A DNA stretch of 61,908 bases, the filler included, from Choristocarpus tenellus KU-1152 (lineage: Eukaryota; Protista; Phaeophyceae): NCBI GenBank assembly GCA_964200185.2. It is 10 parts of 10 records of this genome, joined end to end, with 100 filler letters (N's around TTAATTAATTAA, not from the genome) between each part and the next. Parts side by side here need not be neighbours in the genome. Positions count along the whole stretch, not along the records: positions 24,475 to 27,507 come from CAXNAD020022800.1; positions 27,608 to 32,828 come from CAXNAD020011456.1; positions 32,929 to 38,081 come from CAXNAD020011692.1; 7 more parts are not named here. One strand, 5' to 3'. A model generated the notes under the pieces. It was not told where the DNA came from. It made no database searches and saw nothing but the letters and a program-made list of their open reading frames with translations. Each line of letters opens with the position of its first letter. The first letter of the stretch is position 1. Shown here one piece after another: positions 25,313 to 35,710 of the stretch. The translations under genes and the position numbers were made by a program.

Positions 25313-27198
25313 ATCCATCACAGCAACACAGCNNNNNNNNNNTTTTTGTATTTTCGCTGTTCCCTCCCCCCCTCCCCCCTCCCCCCTCCCCCCCCAAGGT
25401 TTGACTTTGCAAAAGAGGCTGCGGAATTTTTTGCGAAACATCTGTTTGCTGAGGAGATGGTGAAACCGATTTCAAAAGCGCCATTGAAATCTGCTAATGT
25501 TAGGGCAACCTCGATATCGGCAACTGCGGCGGCAGTGGAGGGTGCAGCAGCACCAGCACGCCTCCCAATAACTGTAAACTAAAGCCCCTGTTTGCTGGTG
25601 TCGTGATATGCTTTTTGTTTTTCTTATTTTTTTCATTTTTTTTTATCTTGTTTTTAATATGGTCTTTTTTTTCTGGATGAATGGAGTGGTGTCATTTGAA
25701 CCTTAGTAGTAATGGTGTTTTGAGGTGGAATAGACTGCTGCTTGGATGCACCTAGTTGCTGGACTCTTCTCTTGTTGCTATGTTTGATTCAAAAATAAAT
25801 ATATACATATATATATATTTATGTATATATTTTTTGTCTGTGCAACTCTTTGAATGTTTGTATCTCAACTCATTGCTGGATATGTAGAGATGTGTGTGTG
25901 TGTGTTTTTTTTGTTTGTTTTTTTTTCTTATTTATTTATTATTATTTTTTGTGACCACTATCCAAGCATGCTTTACATCATCTGCCTTGTGTTTGAATGT
26001 CGTTGCATCATACATCGAACAGGGTACAAATGATGCATCTGTTGATGTGGTGGGTATTTATTAATAGTACAGTAGTAGTACTCTTTACTCTCATGTGTGC
26101 AATAGGGTAGTATTAGTACTAGGGTTAGGGTCAGGGTCAGGGTTAGGGTTTGATTGTTTAGCTCTTATGTACGGGCAAGGAAAATGTGGGACTCTCCTTC
26201 TAAAATATATAGTCAAGTGACTTCGTGACTTGTGCTGATCGAATGTCCTTCACATCCTTTCCCCTTCTCCCCTGCCTCAGCCTGTGGCTGGAGGCACTGC
26301 CTCAGACCCTTGCCACACCATGAATAAGAACAGTCACACTCCAAGGGGGCAGGAGGAAGGCCAGGGAATGAGTGTTAACACTGTCAGCGGCTGTGCCAAG
26401 GATGACAGTGCGTGTGGCTTGGAAGTTGATGCAAACGGCCTTGATGGAACAGAGACAAAAAATGGGTGTGTTTTAGGGGTGATGGAGGCTCTGGGGCAGG
26501 TCGCAGGTCCTCTTCGAGGGTCTGAAGGTGACATTGGAGGTGATGTTAAGGAGGAAATTGTGGAGGAGAATGAAAAGGCCCACTGGCCGATATCATCGCC
26601 TGGTTCGTCGAACTTGATCAGGGGAGTCCCCCCTGCTGCCATGAGTCAGGCCTTCACAACTGTGGAGGCTGCCCCAGTCACAGTGGGAGGCGTTGGAGGG
26701 AGCTCTAGAGCTGCTGCGATTGCCCGGGTTGTTTTTGTTGAAGATGACAAGAAGGTCTCAGCTTCCTCCCCGGTAGCCTTGATGAATGGGAGGGTTTCAG
26801 ATGACAGGGTGAAGTTTGGCGGCAGTGAGAGTAGGTGTGAAGCGAAGGGGTTTCCAGAATCGGTGGAGGCGGTGCGTTCCCTGTCTTCGTGCACAGTGAG
26901 TGAGGGGGAGGGCAGTGTAGATGACGAGGACCTGAGCAGTAAGACTAGTGAGGTCGATGCTTATCACGATGGTGACAGCATTGGCTACTGTGGCGGCTAC
27001 AGAGCTGTTAAGAGCAGTGACATCGAAGACGAGTCTCTGCATGCAGTGCCCATAGATACGGCCACTGAGGCTCATCCTCTGGTTTCCTTGGAGAGGGACC
27101 GTGAGGCAGGGGGTAGGGGAGGCAATGGGGGCAGAGCAATCGGTGTTGGTGAGAAAAAGAGCGTTTGTCATCCTCGTGTGAGGTACTATACATTTCAG
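24640..27198 (+). CDS. CocE/NonD family hydrolase (peptidase S15-like alpha/beta hydrolase), internal part; exons 24640-24737, 24954-25034, 25399-25573, 26281-27198
   Basis: Spliced translation: LHVSGWLDASASAAILAF...ELLVGPWNHGGSQ...FDFAKEAAEFFAKHL...(long insertion)...PRVRYYTFQ. GWxD and GPWxH are the catalytic Asp and His motifs of this family. Exon phases (2,2,0) match. Confidence 0.8.
26120..26150 (+). repeat. Interstitial telomere-like repeat (TTAGGG/TCAGGG)~5, intronic
   Basis: tagggttagggtcagggtcagggttagggtt. Confidence 0.75.
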
Positions 27199-27507
27199 GT
27201 GTGCTGTAGAGTCTCGACTGATTCCGTGTTAGTGTTAGGGTTAGTGGTCGCTAATCGTGGTACTGCGTCTTTGTCTTTGCTTGTGAGGGCTTTATCCACC
27301 TGACTGATTTGATTGGTGATGTGTCCCTATTGTCATCGTTGCACCTTGATGTTTTTTTTAACCTTTTTTCCGATGGCAGTTGATCTTTTTTTTTAGGGAT
27401 AAGTGTACGGTGCAGAGTTGGGCATGGGGAATGAACAGCACAAGGAAAGAGTAGGCAGAAGATTTTTTTTTTTTTGGACAGAATCTGCACCTTTTTTTTT
27501 GGGGGGG

Positions 27508-27607
27508 NNNNNNNNNNNNNNNNNNNNNNNNNNNNNNNNNNNNNNNNNNNNTTAATTAATTAANNNNNNNNNNNNNNNNNNNNNNNNNNNNNNNNNNNNN
27601 NNNNNNN
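27508..27607. other. Artificial contig spacer
   Basis: 44N-TTAATTAATTAA-44N. Confidence 0.98.
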
Positions 27608-27990
27608 CCAAATGGACAGCCGCCACCCCCTCCCAGATACTTCGAGCCCAGGTCGTTCCATGTTTCTCGTCTTTGTTGTGTAGTTACACGGATAAGATAG
27701 TACAGGTAGTTGTTCAATCCATAATATATAGAAAACCTGGTTTGATGTTCGCACGACAGTCACAGATTGTAATCCAAATGGGGAGTCATATGACTGGGTA
27801 TGTGGTTCATAGCCCACCAACTCCTGATTGCTACTCTTCATTTTTTTTCCCCATGTCTGTAACTCTTCTTCTCTCCTCGCATATAAGTAGACGGGTATAA
27901 GCTGGAGCAACCAGAGGTCAGATGAGGGCTTGCTTTCTGTGTGTTACTGCCGTATGCGTGGTGATGAGACCTCTTTTCCCGACCGTTCAG

Positions 27991-28491
27991 GCTCTGGAGT
28001 CATGTAACTGGCTCGGTTGTGCCGCTGCGGAATACGAGGCTGCTGAAAATGGCGTGGCGGTTGAAGCCCCTACCTCCTCGTTTGCCTTAACGACCTGTTT
28101 GGTTGAGATGAGCGCATGCACTGAGGATTCGGAATGCGCCGATTGTCTGGCTTATATTGCACAAGCACCTGCTTCGGAGGTAGATGCGGCTGCAGTGACC
28201 TGCGACATGACTGAGTTCTACTTGCATGACTGCAGTAAGGCCTCAGAGTTCAATGCGGACCTTTGTTGTTCTTTGGACGCGTTGGCTTCTAGTCCTTGCG
28301 CGAGAAACAAATTTGTTCAGGAGTATTATGAATGCTTTGTTAATAGTGAGATGGTTGCTGAAGAATGTGACCGCCCTGTGGTCTTGGAGTGTTCCGCTGG
28401 GTCAACTCCATGCACTTCGCTTCTTTTGTCCTTGGTGTGGGGCGTTGTTGGTCTCCTTACAGCGACTATGCGAACGAACTGGTCAATGTAA
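27991..28491 (+). CDS. Terminal exon of a cysteine-rich extracellular protein, possibly GPI-anchored
   Basis: CAG acceptor at 27990. The acidic Cys-rich frame (CLVEMSACTEDSECADCL...LCCSLDAL...YYECFV) ends in small residues plus a hydrophobic tail (SAGS...LLLSLVWGVVGLLTA) and TAA. An alternative single-exon start exists at 27922. Confidence 0.7.
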   Translation, partial: ALESCNWLGCAAAEYEAAENGVAVEAPTSSFALTTCLVEMSACTEDSECADCLAYIAQAPASEVDAAAVTCDMTEFYLHDCSKASEFNADLCCSLDALASSPCARNKFVQEYYECFVNSEMVAEECDRPVVLECSAGSTPCTSLLLSLVWGVVGLLTATMRTNWSM

Positions 28492-30815
28492 TGCTGGTAA
28501 TGCTGTTGTACTTTAGATACGTGATTTTTGCGACTGCCTGGAGGCGATTGATATGTAAACTTAGCGTTATATCAGAATATCATGAAGAATCTAACGTTTT
28601 GGGCAACACGATGAGGAGACAACGGCATAGGAAAGACAGAAGAACGGTAAACCTAGATATTCAACAGTGCAGCTAATCTATCGTCTGGCCTAGTTAGAGT
28701 TGTCGTTGTTCTTCAATCTGTCTTGCCGTTACAACGGCTCCTAAAGTGCTGGGTAGGAATGAGACTTGTGTATTGTATAAATCCATTAATTCTTGTCTAC
28801 AGTGTGCCTCGTACTAGTCCAAGAGGCATTTATTTGCCAGCTTCTAAAATGACGTTCATGGGGTACCTCAATCAGGATAGTAGCACTCTTCTTTCTGCTG
28901 CTATCACATATGTGCGCCAAGAGATGTACACGTATAGCCATTCAGATCCAGGTAAATGGTGCAGGAGCTGATGGAGAAAGGGAATTAACTACTGTTCATT
29001 TTTATTGTTTTGGATGTCCATTTTAGTAGTGTTTAGCATTATACTTGGTGTAGTTGAAAATAGGTGTTTTATGCCTTCCGGCATTTTGTTGCAGATGTAC
29101 ATTGTCACTCAGAGGAGAGATCGTAAACCTCTGTCAAAACTCGTAGTCTGTGTGCAAAATTGCCAGGAACCCGATTGTTGCATATAATAATACACTATTT
29201 CCTTCACTCTTCATTGTATTCTTCGTAGTTTTACTTTCATGGTCCAATCTAAGCGGATCGAGGTCAAACATCTAGCGTAGAAAGGAGAGAGCGATGGGAC
29301 ATAGCAAGGGCAAACACTCATGCATAAAAATGAACACTATGAAACAAGATGGCTATAGCGGAGAGGCTGCAGTGTGGTGTCGAGGTAGGAGCAGTAGGAC
29401 TTGTAGCTCTTGATACTTCTGAGGAAGTCCAAAAATATGGAAACACAAGTTCGTATGACTGAGGGTTGATAGGTAAATAGTGCATTTACTTCGCGGCGTA
29501 GAGATGAGAGATTTAATGGAGAAGAGATTAACGGATAATATAAGAAGGGAATGATCCCCTTCGCAATTGTTTGAGGTTCATAACTTGTTCAAATCTTGAA
29601 TTGAATTTATCGGTTCTCCATGGTGATATAACACTGAATTACTAACCAATTCCAATGGCATGAGCTAATGGACGAGTTCTGTAATGATGCTTCGGTGGTA
29701 TGATGCAATGAAGGACAAATCGGTTATGATGTGATGAATCGGGTAACATGTTGTGACTAGAGGCTTGTTACCTTCGATGAAGGTTGTGAATGTATGAACT
29801 CTAAATATATTTCATCCAGATGGACATCAAGGTACATTTAAGTGAGAATTAGATTGAGGTGTCAGAGGGGGGCAACGATAGAAACCTTTAGGCTATCAAT
29901 GTAGAGTCAGACACCGGAGTCAGCTACCCCCCAAAAAATCTTAAGTCTGAGATAACACCAACGAGTCACGTGGCTGGTGATGCACTGAGTTTGTATGCTG
30001 GTTATAGACTACCAATCCACGAACAAGAGTTACAATAACCATACAGAGTGACCAGTGAGAAATAAACATGGAGTACAGACCCATATACACAAGGTGTGGA
30101 CAGTCACACGCTAAGGGAATAGAACATACTAGAGGATATGACAGTTGTCACAGGGTGATGGTACTGAACTGTATCTATATATCACTGGAATATTGGCCTG
30201 TGTTTCAAGACGTAGCATGATTTTTGAGCAGAATCACTCGGATCTCTGAAACGTGATACTCGAGATGGGTTCATGATGTGCGGCAAATTGCCCGGTTTTG
30301 AAGTGTCTTTGGTAAAACGTAATTTACGTCGGAAAAACATGTAGTTGGGAAGAAACGTAGTATTAGCTACGGATGAAGGGGGCAGTGTGGTGTTCGCGCA
30401 TATGGACAATAGTCCCACATGATGCCCAGGAGTGTGAATATACTTGTTTTGGATGTGTGGCGTTATTGGTAATTCATTGGTACTTGTACGCCCTTAGTTG
30501 ATTGGGAAGGTCAAGATTTAATGCCAACATTGGAGTCGCACAGTAACTTGGAATTTAGCCAAAGTGAATAAGAGGTAGGCAAGGTTGCAGTTTATCAGGG
30601 AACCCGAGAAATGGCAAGAACATACCATTTTATACAATTGCAGAAAGGGTTTTTTCTGAATCGTGGCCTAACTGCCGTGAAGGCGGATTGGGGGTTGAAC
30701 TGCAGTGTAGTGTTCGAGCTAGTCTATAGAGGATCTATGAACACGTGAAGACAAGGGAGTAATTGTACCTTGGAGGGAGATCTATTTAGGCCCTTCTGAG
30801 TACTGGAGACCTTTT

Positions 30816-31074
30816 GAGTGAAATTATTTTAGAGGGTACGAGTTTTGCCCTGCTTGTCCGCTTGGGGCTTGGCTTCCCATGGGTTTTTCATGACATTTTA
30901 CCTACTCCGAAATATTTCGGAGTAGGTAAAATATATACGTTATGAAAAGGTGTGTCCAGATCATGGATATTGACACTTCCTAACAAACACGATGGCCAAA
31001 ATTATATCAAAATCGCAACATTTTTATTTTGGCCCCAAATGGACGCAGCTCTACCCTCTAAGATGCTTTGGCTC
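30816..31074 (+). mobile_element. MITE copy 1 (259 bp, GAG...CTC termini, internal 38-bp perfect palindrome)
   Basis: Ends GAGTGAAATTATTTTAGAGGGTA and TACCCTCTAAGATGCTTTGGCTC are imperfect inverted repeats. Aligns end to end with 32079-32337 and with the reverse complement of 54354-54615. Confidence 0.85.
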
Positions 31075-32078
31075 TTTCACTTTCTGCCTTACACCCCATT
31101 TCCAGCAATGAATGTAGGTATCCTACCTTAGGAGGCTGAATGTAGAAGAGATAAAGAACATTAATTCATATTAGCGTGAAATTGCCTCCTAGTGAGCACA
31201 ATACCAGAATCCAGTAATAGGGACCCGAAATTCTCTACAATATCCCCCTCTAAGATTAGATAACTGAAAAGTGTTATGTGTACAAATTGTGTGAAGGATC
31301 GACTTGAGGTTGAACTAAGAATTGAATCATACTAAAGATGGCAGGCGAGAAAATTGCTTTGTTTTAGAGTGCAAGCACTACACAGCATGATTGCTTGATG
31401 CATTTAGGACAAGGGTGCATTGTGTGTTGTTTGACACTGCAGCGTTAGCTATTCCTTTGCAACATGCCATAACCTAATTGCATATTCAGCGATGCTGCTG
31501 GCAGCCAAGCAAGGCAGTGAGAGGGGAGGGTCGTTATTCAACACGGTAGTATGAGATCGCTTTCACATATTCGGGTGCATATTGCTGGCAATATGATATG
31601 GCGAAAGGGGGAGGTACATAAATATGAGACACTGCAGCGCTGATGACCCCTCAGCAGTATACAGAAGCCTCATCGTGTGTTCAACTGTATTGCTGCCCAA
31701 ATAGCTGCTATAATGAGAATGGAGGGGGTTGTCAGTCAACGCATGGTGACAGCTGAATAATTGGCAGCGAGATATTAAATAGCCTCATTGCATATTCAAT
31801 GGTATTTCAGACAGACAGATCCTTCGGGGAGAAAGGGAAATTGTGGAGAATAGTTTAGTCGGCAGCTGATAAACAAACAGTCCCCTTGCCCTGAGCTTGG
31901 AAACCATTCATTTGATGTGGCCCATCCCATGCCTACAAAAGATACATACGGCAGCCACAGCATTGTCAACCGAAGGACATTTTTTTTTGTAACCTAGCAA
32001 AAAAGCAATAGTGAGAGACGTTGTGTAATGCGTCAGTAGCAACATCTGCTCAGGAGAAAGACCTTTCATCAGGATCAA

Positions 32079-32337
32079 GAGTGAAAGTATCTTAGAGGGT
32101 ACGAGTTTAGCCCTGCTTGTCCATTTGGGGCTTGGCTTCCCACGAGTTTTTCAATGACATTTTCCTACTCCAAAATGTTTCGGAGCAGATAAAATGTATA
32201 CCTTATGAAAAGGTGTGCCTGGAACAAGCATATTTACACCTCCTAATAAGCATGATACCCCAAATTACATCAAAATCGCAACATTGGGTTTTTGCCCCCA
32301 AATGGACGCGACTCTACCCTCTAAGGTACTTTGACTC
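32079..32337 (+). mobile_element. MITE copy 2 (259 bp)
   Basis: GAGTGAAAGTATCTTAGAGGGTA...TACCCTCTAAGGTACTTTGACTC. Inner inverted motif GTCCATTTGGGG / CCCCAAATGGAC. Confidence 0.87.
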
Positions 32338-32760
32338 ACAAGAAGTTTCAGCACTGAAATACTTTTTGGGGGGTCTATCATTTCGGAGAGGGGGTGATGG
32401 ACATCATGGGGGACACGAAACTATTTTAGAGCAAAACATAGTGAAAAAAAAATCCCTTATCCAAATCTGCAATCATCTTCCCTCCAAATGGCTCAACATT
32501 TGAAGGGATCAAAATGAAAAAATCTCACACTGACCTCCAGATTTTGGGATATTTTCTGAGTCGAGTTTCATTGAGCCGAATATCTATCAGACTCTTTTCT
32601 GATATCTCCCCCCTTCCCCAAACTTCACGAATGTTCTAGGCACAGTAGTTTTTGAGTATTACTCAGTAATTCCATTCTTCATCCATCTTACCTCACCCCT
32701 TTGGGCACCATAAACACCTTCCATACATATTGATTTTGATAGACATGGTTAGGTAGTTCT

Positions 32761-32828
32761 GACCCAAAGTATCTGGGAGAGGGTGGGGGGGTCTACACCA
32801 GGGTGTCCATTTGGACCAAAATCAGGAA
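32761..32828 (+). mobile_element. Terminus of a related TIR element truncated at the contig end (further copies at 6789-6812, 20920-20953, ~21068-21111, 27608-27648, 32929-32963, 41704-41725, 51691-51715)
   Basis: GACCCAAAGTATCTGGGAG...GTCCATTTGG, or its reverse complement, always points into an N spacer. Confidence 0.75.
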
Positions 32829-32928
32829 NNNNNNNNNNNNNNNNNNNNNNNNNNNNNNNNNNNNNNNNNNNNTTAATTAATTAANNNNNNNNNNNNNNNN
32901 NNNNNNNNNNNNNNNNNNNNNNNNNNNN
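32829..32928. other. Artificial contig spacer
   Basis: 44N-TTAATTAATTAA-44N. Confidence 0.98.
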
Positions 32929-34035
32929 CGGACGCGGACACCCCCCCCCAGATACTTTGGGTCGATTCCGAAACAGGAACAAACTAATCACACCTTAGAA
33001 TGCAATGATACCTTCATGAACACTGGGTGTAACAGTGTATAAATGGAGTACTCCTATATAAATGGAGTACTCCTATTCACAGAGTCAGTGTGCGCATAGG
33101 GGATAGACCAATTACCCAAGACACTGATATTTGGGGAACCTGATGAAAAATGAGATAGTGGTGTAGAGGAGGAGAAGAAGTGGCAGGCATGTTGGCAATA
33201 CTACAATCTTCATCTTCTGAGCATCTCTATCACAGGGTGGCAGACAAGGAGGGCAGAAATCCAATACACGTGGCTACATATCAAATGTGCGGTTGATGAA
33301 GCCAAGCAGATCATGGACACCCAGCTTGTTAAGAAGTCATGATGACTCCACTCCAACCTTCATTCTGAAGCAACTCACCCATGCAGATGATGAGGTCACA
33401 CGATTGCTCACTTCTGCCTCTGGATGCTTTCCCTTTGGTTTTTCTATAGTAGTATGAGATGATTGGTGATGCTGGTGGCATCAATAATGTCCTGTTCTCT
33501 ACTGGATGCTCTGATTGTGAGTATTAAAATAGTAGTTTCTGGATCTTGACTGATTCCCCTCTTCTTACATCGACTTTTTTTGTTTTTTATTCCCTGCTTT
33601 TTTCTATTTACTCTGGAAATATTTGTCTTTGGTGTTAACATTTCTATTAATCTAGTTGTGTGCCACCTTCTGACCACATTTTCAGGCTAACATGAAGATA
33701 AAATAGTAAAATATAGTAGCTGGGGCATACTTCTACCGATCACCGTCACTCTCTATGTTGCATATGTGCTAGCCAACTCGCAACTCATATGCTCACGTCA
33801 GCCCTGTGAACTACCCATGCAAACCATTGGCTGTATCTTTCACTGACTCTGACCCGCTCTATCACACCTTACCTCACTCCACTACTTCGTTCAGTCTTGC
33901 AGGTGCCTGCCGTCTCACGCCTTGTGTATTCTCGTAATAGTATTCCACAACGAACTAGCTGCTCTTTTCTTCAACATATGAGTACTTTTTTAGTGGCAGT
34001 TGCACAAACCATCACAGCGCTGGATGCTCAAGCTA

Positions 34036-35710
34036 CTCCCTCTGTCCCATAAGTCTGGGCTGTTAAGTTGTAGCTCTTTGTGTTGGATTCCTTGGAATAT
34101 TTCAAATTAATCAACTATATCTCGCCTTTATTCAACACTGTCAGCCCACCAATCCAGGGTCGCCGCGGAGGCCACTTGGTCTACTTTGACCGATCTAGAC
34201 AACCTGCCCTCCTGCTGCCCTTTCTTGGTCTCAGTGCACTCTACCTCGAAATCGTTTTCCCCCAGCGACCTTAACGCCTAATTGTACCTCTTGAACAGAC
34301 TCTGCCACACCCTCTCCAGCGTGTCTGCGTCATATTCGTGGAACATGCTTGAAACCCCTTCTACAAGTTTATCAATGGTGCTGCATTGCTCCGTTCAAAC
34401 CCTGCTATTCAGAAATGCAAAAACTCCCAAATCATTGATGTTGAGATTCAGCGGCTGTGCTGGCTGTGTTATGAGCTTAATGTTCCATCCCTTCTCCATC
34501 CCTGCTGTTTTCAGCTTCTGCACTGTGCCCGTGCCTGTATATGAGGTTGTGCGGTCCTGCTGTATGGAGGTCCCCCCAATTCCAGCCACGGTATTTTTTT
34601 CTTGATTGCTGGCAACAGCTGCTCCATGTACCACTCCACGTACTACTCAGCATTGACGGTGATGCCGACCTCATAATCCTCGCCCTTCATGTACAGCACT
34701 GTAGCCTGTTGCGCCTCTTTTGTGATGCAAACCGGCTAGATTCCGACCTTGCCATCGAAATCATGGAAAGGATCCAGGCGCGAAACGGTGGAGATGAACA
34801 TCACTTTGGGAATGTGACTCTTGTGCTGCACCTTTGCCGAGCCCACCTTTTTTACTCCCTCGGGAACACGCGCACCATCTCTCATTCATGGATGAGGTAG
34901 AACCACACCTTGTCGATGCAAAATGTGTTGAGGCTAGTCTGGTAGGTTTTACAGTTGTGGGAGATCTGGTTGAGGATGAAGTCTACCCTGTCATTGTCAG
35001 GAAACGAAAGGCTAGGGGTGATGTTCCGCTGAACCCTCGTTACCCCCATGGCTTCGAGCCAGCGATGAAACTTTGAGCTGCTGACTGCAAGGCCCACTTC
35101 GGCAAGCTTGGCGGCAAGTTGGTTGATAGCCAGCATGCAATTGCTGGCGTTGATTTCCCAGATCTTCGCTTGTTTCATTGGTGTAAAGTCCAACGGCCAT
35201 CCAAATTGTGCTTGTGATTTCAGGGAGACATTATTCCCCTATCTGTTCTTTGATGCGCGCCCACACCCATCTACGATGTCTCTCTCCCACTCCAAACTCT
35301 TTCACCAATTTAGACTCCACAACCCTCAGGAGCCTCTTATGACCTGGAGGAAGACCCAATGTATAATGCAAAGCAAGTGCAGTCCGACCTTCCTCGGTCA
35401 GCTTGCAGTTCTTTCCCCGAAACGGACTTTGTACTGGGGATGATGGGCTGTGGGGGCTTACCATGGGGGTTGTGATAGTGTTGTGCAGCTCCACGCTGCA
35501 GCAGCAACATTAAACATGATAAGAATATGCCACATTCTGTGTTCCATTCTTTCGTAACTATTCCGGAACATAATTCTTTATAGAATTCTCTGAAACTTAG
35601 TTTTTGAATGTAAAATGTTTCAAGGGATCCAACGCAAAAGTCCGGTGTGTAATCGGAGGTCATCCCGAAGACGTACACCTTAACGGCCCAGACTTATGGG
35701 ACAGAGGGAG
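34036..35710 (-). mobile_element. Tc1/mariner DNA transposon of the plant-type (DD39D/Soymar-like) clade, TIR to TIR 1675 bp, defective
   Basis: 37-bp TIRs with 2 mismatches: CTCCCTCTGTCCCATAAGTCTGGGC(T/C)GTTAAG(T/G)TGTA at 34036-34072 and 35674-35710. TA lies immediately left of the element. Internal transposase motifs are present. Confidence 0.9.
34280..35494 (-). pseudogene. Mariner transposase pseudogene (stops and frameshifts)
   Basis: Fragments FCIDKVWFY (DEKWF), VQHKSHIPKVMF...FDGKVGI*P, QLLPAIKKK, IQQD and QPAQPLNLNINDLGVF (QPPNSPDLNxxDLGFF) are spread over several frames. Boundaries approximate. Confidence 0.85.

Noticed and set aside
29900-30180. TG-starting segment as a solo LTR
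   Set aside because: I could not identify a matching CA end with TSD, a PBS, a PPT or a second copy.
31430-31870. Loosely recurring motifs (gacactgcagcg, attgcatattca) as a regular array
   Set aside because: The units are too short and irregular to define a period.
32117-32503. 128-aa ORF
   Set aside because: It runs through MITE copy 2 and is not conserved as an ORF in the other copies.
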